Assembly (NCBI GenBank): GCA_000826855.1
Contig: JTLS01000012.1
Location: 1 to 52,679, forward strand
Reading direction: 5' to 3'
Source: Basidioascus undulatus
Lineage: Eukaryota
DNA: 52,679 nt
The notes under the pieces are model-generated. The model was not told where the DNA came from, did no database searches, and worked only from the letters and a program-made list of their open reading frames with translations. A program made the translations under genes and the position numbers. Shown here piece by piece: positions 26,601-38,610 of the stretch (positions are counted from its first letter, which is position 1; every line of letters begins with the position of its first letter).

Positions 26601-26742
26601 GTCCTCATGGTCGCCGAGCGCGCTGCCGACTTGATCAAGGCTGACTACTGTGCGTTTCCTGTTCCCTCCCCTCATCTACTGAGAGCTGACTCTTCCGCCA
26701 CCCCACTCAGACCGCAACACCCCGGTGGCGGCGCACATCTAA
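23651..26742 (+). CDS. codA: GMC oxidoreductase, choline oxidase type, multi-exon
   Basis: [18 protein letters not shown] (FAD fold), [29 protein letters not shown] (flavinylated-His motif, His codon 24216-24218), DHPE, DIMYH, HTVYHPAGTCKMG and [19 protein letters not shown]. These match Arthrobacter choline oxidase H99, E312, H351, V464/H466 and N510 as recalled. C-terminus ...TPVAAHI-stop. Confidence 0.88.
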
Positions 26743-27498
26743 ACGGCCCGCTCACCTTTCGCAACCAGGCGCCTTTTTTTCTCATCTTCTGGACGGCGCT
26801 CAGTTGAACACTTTATCCCATTTCACTCATTCCGTTTCGAAACTCTCCCGGCGTTGTCTTTTGTAGGTCGAAAGAGGCAGCAGCGCTGCTTGGAGTTGTA
26901 GGCGCTTGAGGTCGCATCAAATCGTACACCGCATTGAAAATGGAAGGGCTCTGTATATCTTCTAGGCACCATCTACGCCCGAGACCGTAGAAAACGGTCA
27001 GGCCAATGTTCTGCCCCTTGCGACTCGTGAAACAAGCATATCGCCGTCCCAAGTACGTTCGACGCACATGTGCGTGCATCGGCTCCCGACGCGTTCTTGG
27101 TTAGATGATCGACATTTTCGTAAAGCACCTTCTTGCCCAACATTTCTGTTAAAGAAATTGCCGAGCCCAGTCCGAGCAGCGGATATCGAGAATCGGCCCG
27201 CCGGTGCCCAAGCGGCACGTTGGAACAATCTGCGCCCCTTTCGCAGTCACCGTTGCCAGGCACATCAACATTCATCACAGCCTTCCCCTTTCCTCCCCGC
27301 ATCCTCAACCTCATAAAAACTGCTTTGAACAAAGACAATTCCGCTTCAAAAGGCGATCGCTCGACTCTCGCATACCAGTTCTCATTTCCCATCTCCTCTT
27401 CATCGGACTGGCTCCTACGCTCTTTTCGCTCCGTTCACTTTGCGCTCGGCTCGCAATACTTCCTTTTTCGTCTTCCCTACTCACAATTTTCGACTACG

Positions 27499-28743
27499 AT
27501 CGCCCTCTCGTGACTTGGCTTGCCCTGCTTGTCCTCGCGCAGTCCCTTTATCTCTTCCCCAAGCGCGCCGGTCGCGCAGCCGTTCTGCCCCGTCGCTTCG
27601 GGCAGGAGCAAGCGAACGGACTCGGCCAGCGCCTTGGCTCGATCTGCGCCGGGAGAGATCTGCGGTACCCTCGGCGGCTCTGTTCCTGGTGTCCTGCTTG
27701 CGGGCGCGGATCCTTGCGCGCAGCAGGTGGGTCGATTGCCTGCTCACTTTCGCCGTCGTCGACGGTGCTGAGAATGGATGGGTGTCACAGAACCTCGCGG
27801 ACCAGATCATAGACGCCAGCAAGCAGCAGGACGCGCCGTTGCTCAGGCCATGGTGTATCTGGCGGTTGAGCTGGTTCAAGCGGAGGTTCGTCCATCTCCT
27901 GAAACTCCGGGAGCGCAGCGGTCCCATTCTGACTCTCGGGGAGGGAGGATTGTGCAACACCCACCCGACTTGTACGCTTCTTCTTCGTCTTGATTCCCAA
28001 TCTTAGATTTACGTGGCTGTGTTCCTTCAGCAACACCAATCCTGCGATGCTCCGGAACAGCCTCTTCTGCCAGGTCGTGCGTGCTCCTCGACTTGATCTT
28101 CCTGGTCAGACTCCAAGCTTGACGATCTCTGCCAATAAGGCCCCAGCCAACGCTCAGCTCAAGGCCTTGTCCAAGCTCAAGACCCCGCCAACGGTAAGCT
28201 CGTGGATCCGGCTCACGTTTCGCACGCCCCACTCACGCCCTGCACCGCTTGACAGATCCCAACATGTTCTTCGACCCCGCCACAAAAGCGACGATTCAGC
28301 TGGGCGCTCCCGGTACCGTTCCCTTGGGCGGCACACTCGCTGGTGGGAATGGAGGTAACGGGGCCGAAGAGGCTGCGAGCACCGAATCAGCATCCAGGTT
28401 GCGCTTCATCCTCAACAACACCCAGGAGTTCATGCAACAGTCTGCTCTGAATGGAGCGATCGTCACCAATTCTAGTCGTCGTCGGTCTTTTTTCGACGAG
28501 AACGGCTGCTGATGACTTGTTCGCGAACCAGTGTGCAACATCTTGAATGACGCCTGCGCGGCGCCGGACGCGATGGTGCAGGGCAAAGCCGATTTCGACG
28601 CCGCACCGGCTGGCGGTGCGAAAGCCGATGCGTTCAATGCGGTGCGCGTCTCCAATGACATCTCTGTGAAGCATCGAGATTGACCGTATGCATCATCCGC
28701 CAAGGCTTTGGGATTCACTACCAACTTTGCGGCGGTCGTTTAG
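27499..28743 (+). pseudogene. Secreted Cys-containing fungal protein of unknown function, disrupted
   Basis: Hydrophobic signal-like RPLVTWLALLVLAQS preceded by AT rather than ATG. Then a dibasic RR-FGQEQ, ICGTLGG..LLAGADPCAQQ, NLADQIIDASKQ, LRNSLFCQ-KAPAN, DPNMFFDPAT and KALGFTTNFAAVV-stop. Frameshifts near 27652 and 28163. Confidence 0.6.
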
Positions 28744-29288
28744 CCCAAGTGAAAGCTCCGACTGCATTTTTACGAACAAATACCTTCCCACATTTGCCTA
28801 ACTTACGACCTTGTCTTGATGCACGACGAATTACTCAATGCATGCACGATCCTTGATGTCGACTAGTGTCGACCGCAGTGGCAATCTGGTTGCACGTTTC
28901 TTGTCGAGCTCGAGAGCTGCCATTGACGTCTGCAAAAGGAATGAATGGAAAGGATGGTTGAGAACCGCCATGTACTGTGTGCTGTTTTTCAGAGGCTCCC
29001 CCCGAAGGTACGTCTAGAAAGTGAGTTCGCAGTTGTCCTTCGGAGGACCTTAGTTTTTTAAGTAAGTCGGAAAGTTTTTGGAGACATTCATTCCTAGACA
29101 CTCGGTGTAACAGGGGTTGGGCTCTCTGTCGGTCACAAGCCGGATCTACAGCACTCACATTTTGATAAATCGTTCAGTGACAAGCAGCACACACTGGAAG
29201 GGTCCATATTCGGGTCGCGTTGCGTGACTTTCTGTTATTCTCCCGTAATACACAGATACCCCAAATACTCCATGGCCATCATCGTTCC

Positions 29289-31985
29289 TCAGAGTGTGTA
29301 GCGGAAGCCAGGCTGCTTCTCGATGATGTGTCCCTCGCGCTCGGCCTTGCGATTCTCCTTGGCGAAGAAGAAGACGAGGGAGAGGGACAGCAAGATGATC
29401 ATGAATTGACATCCCTATAATAGGCATCTATCAGTTACCGACAGGTGAAGGGGCCGGGCGGAGAACACTGTAAAGGTCAACAACGGCTCTGACTTACCAT
29501 CGTCGCCCACAACCCAATCACGTATGCGGGTGCGTCCTGCTCCCTGAAGACTGTGGACGCATAGATACCTCCGATCGCACCGAAACCAACGACCAGGGCA
29601 GAAGCCATAGCTCGTTTGCTCTGGCCAACAATCGAGTTCGCCTGAAGAGAAGGGCGTCAAAACCCATCCCGCAAACAGCAGTAACTGCGTGCGTACCTTC
29701 CAGGCGAGCACAGCCGGCACATTACCGCTACAGCCTGAGAGGCCCAAGAACACTCCCGCATCTGAAAAGACACAGGGTCAATATGGGGTCCCTCGTGATA
29801 GGGGGCGGAAGATTGCGCACAGCGGCCTCCGTTGCTGGAGATGTACGCCGTCATCAAGAGGCCAATGATTGACAGCATGGCTGGAGGGACGCAAGGGCGG
29901 TCAGTTCGGAGCCAATCAATACTTCCTGGAGTGCATGAAGACATACCCTGGGTGATGATGATCGGTGAGCGCTTGTTAATCCTGTCGGCGTACCAGGCGA
30001 GCGTAAAGGCCACGGCGACCGCCACAACATATGGGGGAGCGCTCTGAAAAAATGCGCCGAGTCAGGAGAGCAAGTCAGGCCTGGAAGAATAGTTCCACTT
30101 ACAAGAACTTGGGAGTCCTTCGTACTGTATCCCATACCCTTTAATAGGCACAAAGTTAGCAAGGCGCGGTCTATCGTCGCCGTGTTGTTTCAACGCACCT
30201 TCAACAGCGGGGGAAGGAAGTCTGGTGCAAAGGTGTGTAAGAAAAATACGTTTCCCATCACCGAGCATCGTTGACTAAGTTACTTACACGAGTATGCATA
30301 CGAGGCGGAAGTGCTGCCCATGAACTGGAGTCGTTGTGCGTGAGTAATGGTGCAGGAACTGTGACCACAGGGAGCTGACCATAAGAGCGAATGCCCAAAG
30401 CTTCCAGTCACCTAGATGGGCGAAGGCTTCCTTCCAGCGGAACTCTTCAGAAGGAGCCGGTCAATGGGCGTCGTTTAGAATGGAGACATAGATCAGAAAA
30501 CGCACTGTCGGCGACCGAGTCGCCCCGATCCCGCTCGATGCGCTCAAGAATGCAGGCCTTTTGGTCGACCGACAAGAAAGTGCTCTTGTCTGGGAAGTCC
30601 ACAATGAGGAACCACGAGAGCAGGCCAATGGCGCATGTCATCACCCCCTCAATGATGCTAAGGAGTGTAGACAATCTCAACACGAGAATCTGAACGCATT
30701 ATGAATTACGAACTCACAAGATCCAGCGCCAGCCACGGATGCCTGCAGTCCCTTCCATTTGAGAAAGGCCATATCCAAGGATCTGCGGAAAGTATTCAGG
30801 ACACAGTTCGAACATCCGGGCGCGTTGCCAGAGGACTGCAAAGATGCAGGCATCCGCTTACGCACCTTGGCGAAGCCGCCAGCAAGAACCGATGTCAGGT
30901 AGAAAGCCGCCATGCGTGTTTGAACCTGTGCGATACATATGGATCGTGCTTGAGTTATATTATTGGGGATTACTGTGGAAGCGGCTTACCTCGCGGCGGA
31001 TATACCACGTTTGGATAAGGTAGGCTGGGTAGGATGATTGTGAGTCTCGCTGGTTCCCTGCTCATTCCAGAAAAAATCCTCTCCAACATAACAGGGAATC
31101 TTATGTCCACCGACTCACCACATCCAGGGAAGAATCCCGCCTCAAAGAAACCTGCAAGTCGCGGTCAAACCAGAGTAACAGTCCGCAGAATACGTGAGCG
31201 ACTGACCGAGCAACGTGCGGCAGACAGCCATCTGCTTCCCTATATGAAGGGAAATTTGGAGGGCAGAAGTTAAGCACCGTCATAAAGGAGCAGAGGTGGG
31301 GCAAGCAAGGCAAATACAGTCGGTAACGAAACCCATGCCGATCTGGAAGGAAAGTCGGAGGACCAAATGGTGAGCACAGTCAGGAAAGTAGAGTATCAGA
31401 TTATACGTACCATCACTGCTCCCCATACCATTGCAATGGAGGCGAGCCAATTCGCAGCACCTACCTTCCGCAGGGCCAGATTGCTCGGCACTGATGAAAG
31501 ACAATGAGCTTCAGGCTGACAACGAGGGCAAACGAGCCGCCGTACGTTCGAAGATGAAATAAGGTACAAAGAAAAGCAGGAGGAGAATGCTGTATCGGTT
31601 GTCGATCTTAAGCTCCAAATCCTTGTCCATGCCGGCGACTGCAGCCTGCGTCAGTACCCTCGGTGCAGCACCAGCACCGCAGCCAACGCACCTCTGGCCA
31701 ACGAAAAGTTGTTTCGGTCTATAAGCGAGATCGAGTACATGGCGCCAAGAATTGGTAACAGGCTATAGTAGGAAGGTTCGTTTAGCAAAGTGTTGTCGGG
31801 ACAAGTGCCAGTCCCCAAGGCAGTTTCAAGACTGACCGGAAGTCGACCCTGCGGATGGTCCGCTTCTCGAACTTCTTGTCCACCCCGGCAGACTCGAGAG
31901 ACGTCGCAGCCGCACCGTGCTCGATGTGTACTGGCTGGTCCTTCTCGTCCAGGGAAGGTGTGTTCAGGTGTTGAACAGTTGGCAT
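29289..31985 (-). CDS. MFS permease, anion:cation symporter (allantoate/nicotinate Tna1-like) family, multi-exon
   Basis: RTIRRVDFRLLPILGAMYSISLIDRNNFSLARVAGM, FFVPYFIFELPSN, FEAGFFPG, AGIRGWRWI..IIEG, IVDFPDKSTFLS, APPYVVA, WYADRINKRSP and the family-typical ending PGFRYTL-stop. The exons traced are in frame. Confidence 0.9.
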
Positions 31986-32816
31986 TGCGTGAGTGCAGTA
32001 GTGGTGGGGTAAACTACGGGGCAGCTGGGAAGATGTACATGGCTTTACACCTTCCTGGAACACCCAAGGTCCGGGCGATCACATGTACATTCCCATAAAG
32101 TGGTAATCCTTGGCGATTGCCATCCAGTACAAAAGACGGACCGGCGCAGGTCAGAAGGGTGCAGAGTTGGGAGGAACGGCGATCCGCTCATGTTCCTTAA
32201 CTGCCGGGTAGGCGGAAGCGGTCCGGCCAGCTCAAGATGCCGGCCAACAGCTGGTGATGAAAGGTGCAAGGCTGTTCGCAGAAATATGGGCAACTGAATG
32301 AGATGAAGTTCTGCCAAGGAAAGAGGCGCTGCATGATCGAGCGGTATCGGTACGACCGTCACGTGGGGTCACATGGACATTAGCCGTGGCCGACTGTGGG
32401 ACGAAAGTGAAAGGAGTATCAGAGAATGAAAGATGGCGCTGAAGCCCAGGTAGCGCCAATTATCAAAGTAAAACAGCCTCCTTTCGCAAGCGAGGGCGAA
32501 GCCAGCGACGCAGCGACACTGCGACGGCACAGACTCTGGGAGCGATGGCTGCTCTTGTCGTGAACTGAGTCCAGAGTCCCCATGCTCAGAAGCTGCTCAC
32601 AAGCACGAGCAAAATCAAGCCGATAGATGGTGATACCAGCAGACCAAAGCTCACATGTGGTGCGGGCAACGCATGTACGATAAATGCAGGTAACAGAGTG
32701 GAAAGGTCAGGCATGCCATGAACGTCCTCGACAGAAGCAAGGTGATGGGACAGATATACGATGCGATGTTCGGCCATAGCCAGAAAAGGGAGAGAGAAAG
32801 TCTGCAGCGTTCCACC

Positions 32817-35352
32817 TCACCACCGCTGCGCCTGCTGCGGCGGCGGGGGCTGCGACCACCCATTGACGTGCGGCGGAGGCGGGGGGTGTTGCGGGTATGG
32901 CGACGAGGAAGGCGCGGGGCGCCAGTGCGACTCGGTGGAGGGCACCCAGTGATTCGGGGACGGTGAGGGCGGCGGCGGAGGTTGGGCGTAGTACTGAGAG
33001 GGAGTGGGCGACGGGTGAGGAGGGTATGCGCCTGCGGGAGGCGGGGCGTAGTGCGGGTATGCGGCGGGGGCAGGCGTGGAGGAGGGGGGCGGCGCGGTGG
33101 TGTAAGCGTTCGGCGGGGGGACGTGCGGGTATGGGGCCGGAGTGGATGATGGAGGCGGCGCTGTGGTATATGCTGTCGGCGGCGGGTAGTGAGGGTACGG
33201 TCCTTGCGGCGGCGGTGGTGCCGGGGCGGGCGTCGCAGGCGGGGCAGGCGCGCCGGAGAAGTTGGGAGGAGGGTAATGCGGGTAACCGCTGGGCGCTGGT
33301 GCTGGTGGGAGGGGACGCGGCGTCGAGCAGTGCGGCGGCGGGTGCTGGGCGAAGTGCGACTGTCCGGAAAACCACGGCTGCGAGGTCGGCGGGACAGAGT
33401 TGGCGCGCTGTGGGTCCGGCGGAAGAGGGAGGGACGACTGCCGGTGTGCTGTGGGGTGCCGCTGCGGCGGGGCGGTGTGCGGCGGCTGCGCAGGCGGAGG
33501 GGCGTGCGGCGGGTACGCGCCTTGCGGCGGGCCTAGGTAGGGTGAGGGGGCTTGGGCGGGATGCTGGACGGGCGATTGAGGGGGAGGCGGGTGCGGAGGG
33601 TATGCTTGGACGGGCGACTGCGACGGCGGGGCCACGTAGTACTGCGCCGGAGGCGTCTGAGCCGGGTTGGGCGGTCCGTAAGGCTGCTGCATCGGCGGCG
33701 GCGCGGCCTGAGACGGATACCCGGTCGGCGTGCTCGATCTCGGCGGGTACCCTGGCGTTGGCGTGCTCGATCGAGACGGGAACGACGGCGTCGGCGTCGC
33801 GCTCCTGCCCGGCGCGAGAGGCACTGGCATCCCGCCCGGCGGCGGAGCGAGGTAGCTTCCGCCCGGCGGGCCAGCGACGTCGCTCATCGAGTAGCGGTGC
33901 TGCCGGTGGTGGTGGTCGTCCGGGTACGCTACCGACAGCTGCGGCTGCGCCGTCGGCGGCGGGAGCGGCTTGTTGACGCTCAGCGTCGACATCGAGTGTG
34001 CGAGGCTGTCGGCCGAGGAGGAAGGCGGCATTGGGCCGAAATCCGAGTCCGAATATGACTGCTCGTGCTGCGGGTGATAGGAAAAGTGGGATGCCGAAGG
34101 TGCGTGGTACGAGAGGGTGGACGAGTCGCGGCCATGGTGGTTAGGAGACGGCATGAAGCCGGACGAGGGGTTCTGTATGTCCGAGCAGCGCTCAGCAAGA
34201 CCAACCACTTGTCGTCCCGAATAGCAAGAAGAAACGCACAGGAAGGGACTCGCGGCGTCGGGCGGGTGACGCTACCCAGCCCTGCTGTTGCGCGGGCAGG
34301 AACGTGCTCTCCTGCGGCTGATGCGACGGGAACGGCACGGGTGTCTGCGATGGGCCGCCCGCGCCGCCGACGTAGTCGGGTCTGTACAGCTGCATGTTCG
34401 CGAGGCTCGAGCTCGGGCGCACGCCGCTCGGTGGCCCGGCGACGGAAAGCGGGCGATTGACGGACATGGCCGACACGCTTGGGCTGAGCGAGGAGGGCGG
34501 AGGAGGGCGTCCGTGCGTGCTCGTGCTCGAGGGGATGCGGCTGTGACCTCCGGGACCTCCGGGCATGCGCGTCGGCGTAGAGAGCGGCTCGAAGGTTCCT
34601 GCGCCGCCATAGTTGGCGGGTGGAAGAGGAGCGAGCGCTTTCGACGGAGGAGAGGCCTGACAAGGGGAAGATCAGGAACGAAATCAGGAGCAACCAGACG
34701 CGCGCGACGACTGACATTGGAGAAGAATGTCAGTTCCAGTCGAACCTCGCCGCGATACTTGGTATCCAGCGAGAGCGGCACCCAGACTACGTGTGGTACA
34801 GCCCTCCGTAAGCATCCAGGATCCTGTATTTCCATTACCTACGAAAGAGACACTCACGATCCTCCTCGCCCTTCGTCAACACCTTCTTGAGCTCCACCAC
34901 CGCCTCGCCCACCTTGAGAGGCTCACGCAGGTCGTCCGCCCAGCACGTCAAGATCATGCTCTTTCCCTCGGCGATCTTCTTCATCGCCGCAGGGCCCGCG
35001 GCGAGCGTGTCCTCCATGTCGGACAGGATCGGGAAGCGGATCTCGGCGTCCCATTCGGGCGCCTGCCCGCCGCGCTGGATCGTCTGCGTGCGCTTGGTCG
35101 TGGACCCGATCTTGAGCGTCACGTACGGGTGCTGCTTCCCGATGCGCTGCTTGTCGACCAGATTTCGCTGAATTGATGTACGGATGTCAGCTGGTCGGAT
35201 GGAGCGCGTCGCTGAGCTGGAGCTGAGGCTAGTCTCGGACGTACCGCTCGGTCGACGACGACGACCAGCGTTCCAATTTCAGTGCCCGGTTCGGGGCCCT
35301 TGCCCTTCGAAGGCGTCGTGGCTGGCGAAGCCGAAGCCGATAGCGAGGACAT
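32817..35352 (-). CDS. C2-domain protein with long proline-rich C-terminus (Inn1/Fic1-like cytokinesis protein)
   Basis: IGTLVVVVDRARNL.DKQRIGKQHPYV..TKRTQTIQRGGQAPEWD.EIRF..TCWADD.REP..VGE and WVPL...KYRGEVRLELTFFSN form an N-terminal C2 domain, followed by a >400-aa PxxP-rich region ending QQAQRW-stop. Confidence 0.8.
33060..33200 (-). repeat. Coding tandem repeat YPH.PPP.AYTTAPPPSSTPAP (two copies plus a partial) in the C2 gene
   Basis: Translation shows YPHYPPPTAYTTAPPPSSTPAP-YPHVPPPNAYTTAPPPSSTPAP-AAYPHYAPPP. Confidence 0.75.
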
Positions 35353-36420
35353 GGTCGTCGTGTGAGGCGGTCCGGGCTGGATGATAGGTATTGGGTAGAC
35401 CGCGTCTGTCTGGCGCGGCGCCTGGCGTTTCTATGCGTATGCCGGCGTGGCACACGGACCGAAGAATGGAAAATAAAGAAAAGAAACAACCCCAGAGACG
35501 GAGAGACGGAACTGCGGATGATGACGGTGTAGAGGAAGGTCGCTCAACGAGGCGGTGAACGTCTGGAAAGCGGGGCTCCTGCCCGGCCACAGCGACGCGT
35601 CCCTGAATGAAAGGCCAAGGGGGTGCTCGCACTGAGCGTCAAACAGCAGTTCTTCAGAAACCGCCCATTGCTCACAGTGCTTGATATCTCTTACTCTAAC
35701 TTCGATTTATAACTAAGAAGCCTCAGTCTTCAGGACTATAAAGGCGAGTGGCTTTGAATCGAAAGACACGGAGTCTATCGAGGCTGCCATCTGTTCGCTC
35801 GACCGTTCTTTTAACTGGCGAGCCTTCATCGCCCTGTACAATTCCAAGTTGTCATTTTCCGAAGTACACACTACATATTCCTGGAAAATTGAAAGCTGCG
35901 GGCTGCGGGCTCTCAGCAGTGGCCCACTGGTGTTGAAGCCTCAGCGCACAGAGACCGCCCGCTGCAATGAACGCTGGCAGCCGTAACATAATGACAGTGC
36001 AAAGTAGTACATCAGTACAACTGGGTAATTAAGATATTGAAAGTAGTCCTGTGCAGCAGGTTGGTAAACTAGAAACAGCGGACTGCTATGAGTAACGTTG
36101 CAGGAACCCGCTTTCAACCCACTTTGCTGGCCCAGTTTATCTACGTAAAGTTGCCGGATACTGAGTTTTCTTTATTTAATTGTGGGTTCTTCAGCAGTAC
36201 ACAATAGTTGTCTTCTGTGGCTCCGGCCCGTTGTACATGTACTGCAACCTCTTCGCGCAGCAGTCATCCCGCTCCGAAGTACTTGTTCGATGCAGTAACT
36301 TGAAAGCCGCCCACAGTCATCTTATCGGAATAAACACAAAATATGGATATATTTTGGCAGATATTGGATGAACACCTCGAACCACATAACCGTGGCAAGC
36401 AACCTACTCCGCGTCCTGCC

Positions 36421-37835
36421 CTACTCGTAGCGCACGATGGCCTCAATCACCCTTCCCCAGCTGCTCCCGCTCTCCTTCAACACCTTCACCCACAGCGCGT
36501 CCACGTGAATCCCACCCTCAACTTCGTCCACCTCAACCTCAACCTCGACCCCCGCTTCCGTCATCCGCCCCGCGAGCTGCCTAATCTCAGGCGCGAGCAG
36601 CTCCCCGTCTCCCACCTGGATCCAAATGCGCGTGGCGTGGAGGTGCTCGAAACGACTGGCGTGAGCCGGGACAGGTAAGGGTTGGCTTCGAGTGTCGAGC
36701 GCGGGTTGTGGCGGGTGTAGGAGACCCGGCCGGGGAGAGTCGCACTGCGGTTGAGGTAGTCGGTCGGGACGGTGTTAATCTCGAGCGAGGACCCGGAAAG
36801 GTCTACCGGAGGCTGTTTATGGGTAATCATAGGAATGTACGAAGGCTTTGTCAGGTATTGCTAGGGGTGATCGGGATTATCAGAAACGGACCGAGATCAG
36901 CAGCGCAGCGCCCGGGAACTGTACATCTTTCCCGGCGGAGCGCAGGTCGCCGAGGTAGTGCAGTAGCGCAAGGTGAATGTGCCCACCTGAAGAGTCTCCG
37001 ATAAGAGTCATGTTTCCAGGCTTAAAACCGGCTCCAAGCAGGTAAAGGTAGCCAGCGAGGGCGTCTTGAAGCTGGGCGGGAAAGGCGGAGTCGCTCGAAT
37101 GCACTTTGCGATAGTTGACAGCTGATACTCAGAATAGCCGTAAGAAACGGTAGGCTGATCAGAAGGTTAGGAAATACGCACTGAACACACTGCGATCAGT
37201 TTCTTTGGCCCAGCCGTATGGGAATGCCGAGGCGAGGGGCTGTTGAAAAGGGACCGCGTCAGTGCGCGTGCACAGCTTGTGAGGATGACGACGTGCATGT
37301 CCAACCACAAAAGCCCTGCGAAACACCTGCACATTAGCGCCTGGAACCCCACAGAGGATCATCAACGGCCTCACCCGCTTGTCAGATAGTACAAGACCTT
37401 CTGTCCCGCCGTCGGGAACCCATCGAGCCTCTGCTCCAATCCCTCCGGCGCGATCCAGAAACCCGGGACGTCGACAGGCTTAACCAGTTCGTGCTGCGCC
37501 GAGGAGCCACTCCTCCTCAACGCCCTCCACAACCACCGGCACGACAGTCGTCGAAGGCCCGAAGCGTTTACGCGCCTGCTCGTTGACCTCCCACGCCGTC
37601 TTGTCCGGGCGCGGCAGGCCCAGAGCGAAGACTCGGGCGCTGTACTGCTGGAGCGAGGCAACGGCGAGGTTGCGCTTCATGGTCCAGGTTGAGTGGGGAG
37701 GTCCGACGGTGAATGTTTGAGAACGCGCCAGGCAAGAACGAGGGGAAGGACGAAAAAGAACGACAGCAGGCCGCAAGCCGTACGAAGGTAGAGAAGAGGC
37801 TGGGACGGAACTTCGGTCGTCTGGAAGAGGGGCAT
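36421..37835 (-). pseudogene. Alpha/beta hydrolase (HSL/Say1-like), frameshifted
   Basis: KVLYYLTSG-GFVVGH, VNYRK..AFPAQLQDALAGY, IGDSSGG nucleophile elbow, NPYLS, IWIQVGDGELL and EVEGGIH. Frame changes near 37710, 37500 and 36660 have no matching introns. Confidence 0.7.
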
Positions 37836-38610
37836 CGCTTGATGGAGTAGGTGGTAAAGATACAAATCCTGTCACATTCGTTCCGTAAAGCTGTGTGCGG
37901 TTACGGTGGGCAGATTGGGGTGGCAGTGCACAGGAGGCGGTTCTCGAGTCTGTCTGACAACCTGTTCCTGATGCCGCCGCGGGATGCCTTGTTTGGTAGC
38001 AGGTCAGTTAGCTGAAGGTTTACTACCAATTGGAAGAAATCAAAATACCATGATCTTCATAGGAAACTGCTATCTACGCTGTACTTGAACGAGAACCAAG
38101 CCTTCAAGGAACTCTTGAGCTGGAGTAAGCGGCGCCGTGTTTGGTCCAGCAAAGCGGGATCCCCAACCACGAGCAAGTATCGGGGATGACATTGTTGCTC
38201 CTATGTACGGTGCTCCCCCGACAGTGAGCGTGGCAACTATCTCCAAAACCTCTGCAATCCCGGAACACGGCAGCGCAAGTACTTGGACCGCAGGCTGCAT
38301 GTTGAGGCAAATTCCAGCCGCTCGGCCGGCCAAGCTGAGAGTGACTCGCACTGAAATTTTCTTCAGATGTGCTTCGCCCACCAAACATATGGCACCGTTT
38401 CCCTTTGCACAGCAGATTCCACGCCCTTTTGGTGCTGAGACCAGTCGATATGAGGAGTTGCGAAATGGGAGTACTTTCGGCTTGCGAAAGCGTTGCGTCC
38501 GTTTGCGTCGGCTCGCGGGCGATCGCTCTCCCCTTGCTTCCTTGCGCTCATCCTCTACCTCTCGCACTGATCTCGCTCCCTCGCGCTCGCTTCACTCATA
38601 CCTGCCCATC

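Noticed and set aside
32897..33976. 359-aa plus-strand ORF and similar long antisense ORFs (e.g. 6594-7508, 34288-34890)
   Set aside because: Shadow ORFs opposite GC-rich real exons of the C2 gene and TOP2, with low-complexity Arg/Ala/Gly translations.
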